A DNA stretch of 63,986 nt, the filler included, from Porpidia crustulata (taxonomy: Eukaryota), in assembly GCA_964255105.1 (NCBI GenBank). It is 4 parts of 4 records of this genome, joined end to end, with 100 filler letters (N's around TTAATTAATTAA, not from the genome) between each part and the next. Parts side by side here need not be neighbours in the genome. Positions count along the whole stretch, not along the records: positions 50,348 to 63,986 come from CAXUWE010000424.1; 3 more parts are not named here. One strand, written 5' to 3'. Made by a program: the position numbers and the translations under genes. Below, in pieces: positions 59,317 through 63,986 of this stretch. The notes below the pieces were generated by a model, which worked only from the letters and a program-made list of their open reading frames with translations, searched no databases and was not told the DNA's origin. The first letter of the stretch is position 1. The number at the start of each line of letters is the position of its first letter.

Positions 59317-60406
59317 TCAGTCGACCCTCGGAGGGCTCTTCGACTTGCGATACGGACTCGCACTTCTCCTGCTGGAGATCAGCACTGTGGTAATTGCCTC
59401 ACCTAGGAGACTCACGATCTCCTCCTCTCGCCCTCTTTCCTGAACCCTTCGATAATCTTCAACATCTCTTTCCTACCAGCACTCGCATCTATGTTTTTTC
59501 CACCCATGCTCATACTCACCTTCTCCCTTGCGTGGGCCAACAGAAGCCTCTTAAGCAGTAGATGGCGCATCTCTATACACACAAACACGCCACAGTCACT
59601 GCTGTTCTCCTGTTGTGGCGAATCGTCCAGATCCAAGAACTTCAGAGACTTTCCAGTCAGCCGCTCTATTTTCTGTGTCGCTATCTCGGCATCTTTTCGA
59701 TTCGATGAGTTGAGGCTGTCATAATGGAAAGCTACGCGATCCACGAGGCTAACAAGAAGTAAAGACCAATGGCTCCCACCTTCGGCGACTTCGACAGTTC
59801 GGCAATCGTTGATGGGAAGGAAGATATGGGTCGTGCGGGAGAAGTCGGGAAGAGCGTCTTTGAGGGTTAAGGCGTCGACGGTCTTGATGAGCATAAATGA
59901 CATCGACGGACGAAGGAGTACGATGCGAGCGTGAGGATAATGGGAGAGGTGTTCGCGTTCAAGATACCTGCAGATTTTGAATTTGGCATATCGAATGCTA
60001 AGTACGAGGTGGCACATACTCTTCCCAGAATGCTATGCTCTGTGCCGCTGTTTAGCCCTAGCTCTTCTGCTCAGAGGTTCGTGCCATACATTATCTGTCA
60101 ACCAGTCATTCCTGAGCGTGTCGATATCCTCCTTCATCACTGTCTAGTTTAGCCTCGACACCATGTAGGCTAGGGGGCCAGCAGGCATACACACGTCGAA
60201 TATCAAAGTCTATTTGTGATTAGCTTTAGATTTTGGGCAGTCTAGTTCAGAACTTACAGCTGAGGTATGGGTCATCTGGACTAAGCTTCAGACCTCTGGA
60301 CATCAGCCATGTGGTCCGAGACTTTATGATAACGTGTATTTCATACCGAATCTCCAAAGACCCTGCTGACCCGACCCTTGAAAGGGTGGAACCCTGAGTC
60401 TCGCAT
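59317..60406 (-). CDS. denA: NEDD8-specific protease DEN1/SENP8 (peptidase C48)
   Basis: Seven exons: MRDSGFHPFKGRVSRVFGDS/LSPDDPYLS/YFDIR/LMKEDIDTLRNDWLTDN/SIAFWE/EYLERE...HIFLPIND..GGSHWSLL..HYDSL..QQENSSDCGVFV.../SASPYRKSKSPPRVD*. Confidence 0.92.
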
Positions 60407-61387
60407 CGCTCGAACAGCCTCGAACAGCAGAGATACGTCGACGTAGGTGTCACTCGTAGTAATCCCCAAGCTATCAACACCGTCTGCTTTGTGGTATGTA
60501 TGAACTATTGGGAGTTCGAAGGAAAGATGTATCGTTGGAACTCCGAGGACAATCGCTGTTAATACCAGGTAGATGCACAACTGTGGATGCCTAGTTGAGA
60601 GCGGTTTTGGGAAGTGCTACAGAGGGATTAAAAAGACATGTATGGAGAACTTGTTGAATCATCTCTTCCATTTACGCATAAGGGAAACCAGTAGACGTGA
60701 GTGGTTGAGGAACTCAATTGCGGGAGATCTACAAGGTTGACATCTACCTTACCTTACGTGCTTGCTCTAGATCTTGCCGCAATTCGACGTCATCCCTTGT
60801 TCAAAACCTATTTGTCACTCGATATGCCATTAATGCGAGGTTCAGAGCGCGCGTATGACTCCAGAATGTTTGCATGAGCGTCAGAGTCTGACAGCATCAT
60901 TATGAATGAAATCTGTGATTCGACGAGGCTGATTGCGCTCCCTGGTGGTGTGTACTCTATCCGCCAATGTCTAACCCGTAATACAGCGTTTGATCTGCCC
61001 ACGGAGGTACTCTGGGCTCCTTAGCAGTGTTCAGTAGATATGAGCTTGACGACCGTGCTACACGGGTGCTCAAAGGACCCGTTGAGATGGACTGAAATTG
61101 ATAGTGTGCGACTTCGTGCGGGATCGTCTGAAGATGATTTACTCTTCTTTGAAATGCCGATCAAAATTTCCTACCTCTTCATGATGATATGCTCAATGTT
61201 GTATGTGAGCTTCAACGTGAGCAGGCGAAAAGTAGTACTACGTCTTAATTATAATATCAGATTCGCAGTCTTCAACGCTCGCTTTACATCCGAATCCATG
61301 TTAAAGAGATTGCATGCCACCCCACCTATTCTCAAAGGGAAAGCGCAAGATTTCATTTCATATTTCTGCCATGACCATGACTCGGTC

Positions 61388-63554
61388 ATGAGAATTCGAT
61401 TCCCCGTGCAAGAGTATGCCAATTCAGAGCACGTCAGAAGGGGTTCGGAACTCACTTATACCCCATTTCGAAATGGAAAGTCAGAGATACGATTACTATA
61501 TCTTCTAAGTGGATCCCATGATGACAAGGTCCGTGCCAGCCTTGAGCACGTTCCACTCTCTAGGCTGCCGAAATTTGATGCCTCTCGTATACCTGGGGCG
61601 TTTCAGAGAAGTCGACACCTATTTTCGTAAATGGCTATAAGCTCGAGGTCCGTTTGAATCTCAAATCTGCGCTATCTCTCCGTCCTCGAGCAAAATGCAG
61701 CAGAAGAGACATTCCATTGTGGGTCGATGCCGTATCAATCGATGAAACCAACATACCTGAGCGGAATCAGCAGGTTCAGCTAATGACTAAGATATACGAA
61801 AATGCAAACAAGGTTTACGTCTGGCTTGGTGTTCCCACCGAAGAGACCGAGCTGGCTATTGCCAACATAAAGGCCTTTGAAGCAGTCATTGAAAACACCT
61901 ACGACAAGAACTACCTTTCTGTTATCGCTCACCATAGGAGCCCAGAAAGTGGGCTGCGGGATCTAGACCCGTCCTTAGGTCTTGACATACTTCCCATAGA
62001 ATTGGCCATAATAGGAGGCACACCGTGGCAGCCCATGTCGGAGTTCTGCAAACCGTGGGAAGCCGTGATTGACTTCTGGAATAATGTCTATTGGAGCCGT
62101 GTCTGGGTGTTGCAGGAGCTAACATGTCCGGTTGAGCAGGCTGTTGAGGTTATACTTGGGCGTCAGCTACAGACTCTCCCGTTACGATAATCCGTTCTAC
62201 CCGCTCTAGTCATTGTATCATTGCTAAGCGAAGAGCGAACAATTCGAAGCTGGCCTGGTGTAGGAAATCTTTTGAGACGACCTAGTATGGCTGGTAGTCA
62301 CCTACGAACGATTAGTGAGATATCTAGGTCAAGGAATCGTAGGCTCCCAACAATGTTCTACGTCTAACTTCCAACCAGAAACGAGATCAACCAGCAAGGC
62401 CGTCATCGACAAAGATCTTTGGCGGCATGAAGTTTGGCCAAGCTTGGAGACAGTACGCCTGCAAGACTGCACCGATCCACGAGACAAGGTTTATTCCGCC
62501 TATGCAATTACTCTAGACTCAAGCGATCCGGCGTTCAAGCCCAGCTATTCATCATCTGTTAAAGAGGTGTACTGCGAAGTTGTATCCAACTTCATTGCAA
62601 AGACGGGGAGCTTAGATATTCTCGCAAGCTGTACTCCTGTTAGTAAAGATCTTCCAACTTGGACTCCTGACTGGAGGAAACGCAAGGAAACGATGTCCTT
62701 TGCAGACTTATACGACCCTAGAGGTCGATCGATTTACGGAAGCAGTGGTATATCGATACCACAATACAGCATGAATATAGGCGAGGGACTGTTAAACGTT
62801 GCTGGGATAAGCATCGATACCCTTAAAGACTGCAGTAAAGAGCCTCTGGATCTGAGTACACGTCGTTAGCCTGACTGGGAAAGAATGCTGACCATGAAAT
62901 ATCACACATTCCTTCACTAAGGAGTTGGCAAAGGATGCCTATCTCCGTACTATAGCTGCAGATCATCAACAAGGCTTTGGAGTATCGTGCTTCGACGAAC
63001 CATCTTGGTACAGCCCTATCCTAGAACAAATCACAAATTTCACTCACCGGTGGCCAATTCCCTCCAAAGCTGGCACTGATGTTAAATTTTCGGATTTATT
63101 TTTGGTCGGTATGACGCCCGCATTCATGCAAAAAGTATATAGACGCGGCATACAAGGACAGTTCCGCACCAACAAGGATGCGGCTATGTTGCACCTGAAA
63201 GATATCAACCAAAGGCACGAACCCACCGCCACCCCGGACAAAGATTCGTCCAGGGCGTATATTGAAGATTACAACCCAACGAAAGCCTCTCTTGAAACCA
63301 CTACGCTCTACCGCCGCTTTGCGATATCGACTCTTGGATACATGGGTCTTGTGCCACGGGAAGCGCGTGCCGGCGATCTGATCTGCATCATCTTTGGCGC
63401 CACAACCCCCAATATACTGCGTCCTCTCGAATCCGGAGGGAATATGCGGTATGAACTCGTAGGACATTGTTATATGCACGGGCTCATGGACGGTGAGGGC
63501 ATGGCTATGCTTGCTGAGGGTAAAGCGAAGGTAACAGATTTTGTACTGGTATAG
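61388..63554 (+). pseudogene. HET-domain (HET-6-like) heterokaryon incompatibility pseudogene
   Basis: EIRLL, FDA/SYTWG, LWVDA.SI.....ERNQQVQLMTKIY.NA.KVYVWLG, YWSRVWVLQE, CTDPRDKVY, LPTWTPDW, GYMGLVP..AR.GD.ICI.FGA..P.ILR, YELVGHCYMHGLMDGE. Broken by a 1-nt deletion ~61583, stops at 62188 and 62867, and two more frame changes. Confidence 0.85.
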
Positions 63555-63986
63555 GTGTTGGGATGGTGTTACAGTCGAATGGTATTATGATGGCATACTT
63601 GTCCAAATCGAGAATGTGTACTTCAAAAACGGAACAATCTATACCTTCCGTCCCCAATCCTAGGATAGAGTCGTATGACCGAGGCAACTCTGAACTACCA
63701 AGATGAGGCTTGCCAGGCACTCTCCCCGTTCCACCATATCTCACACTATGTCAGAGTCCAATATCAGCCGCTTGACATTTATCCTCCACAGTACAACGTA
63801 AGTCCTCATCAAGCCAATATTGAAAAAGCCTACGAATTCTGATGACGACTCGTGTCTAATTTATATAGAATGCCTAGTTCCACCGTCCGATCGGGATTGT
63901 TCCGGTGTTGGCTGAGCGCTACTTAGGCTGAGGGAAGATATGGATTGGGGAGAGCGGACTTGGAGTTTGGCTAGCGGATATTGAGG

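Noticed and set aside
52394..63554. GalOx + MscL-like + denA + HET as a defence or biosynthetic cluster
   Set aside because: No backbone synthase or shared regulatory motif seen, denA is housekeeping and HET is dead. Only conserved synteny could revive the idea.

Overview
Eukaryotic, intron-containing DNA from a filamentous ascomycete (Pezizomycotina; a lichen-forming lineage is my guess from protein style, not proven). The window is not one locus. It holds four unrelated contigs joined by artificial 100-nt spacers (N44-TTAATTAATTAA-N44) at 16690, 33478 and 50248, apparently sorted by size (>=16689, 16688, 16670 bp). Contig 1 is accessory-like: partial DUF1766-type gene, coiled-coil hypothetical, HExxH orphan, SMP-30/gluconolactonase pseudogene, bZIP-DUF3425 factor, Cys-containing putative secreted protein, a 100-bp MITE-like hairpin with telomere hexamers, and a LaeA-like methyltransferase with a very long repeat-containing N-terminus. 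Contig 2 has UBP6, ARC19, a large RRM-like gene and about 6.3 kb with no recognisable gene. Contig 3 is housekeeping: ALG11, COX18, PTC5, RQC1/TCF25, a Kelch single-pass membrane protein and truncated crzA. Contig 4 has a MULE/FAR1-derived DNA-binding protein, an AA5_2 galactose oxidase, a 4-exon MscL-like channel gene that the ORF track only partly captures, a probable copia gag relic, DEN1/denA and a HET pseudogene. I saw no rRNA, tRNA or CRISPR. I found no convincing new multi-gene system; the best leads are single genes and structured non-coding elements.
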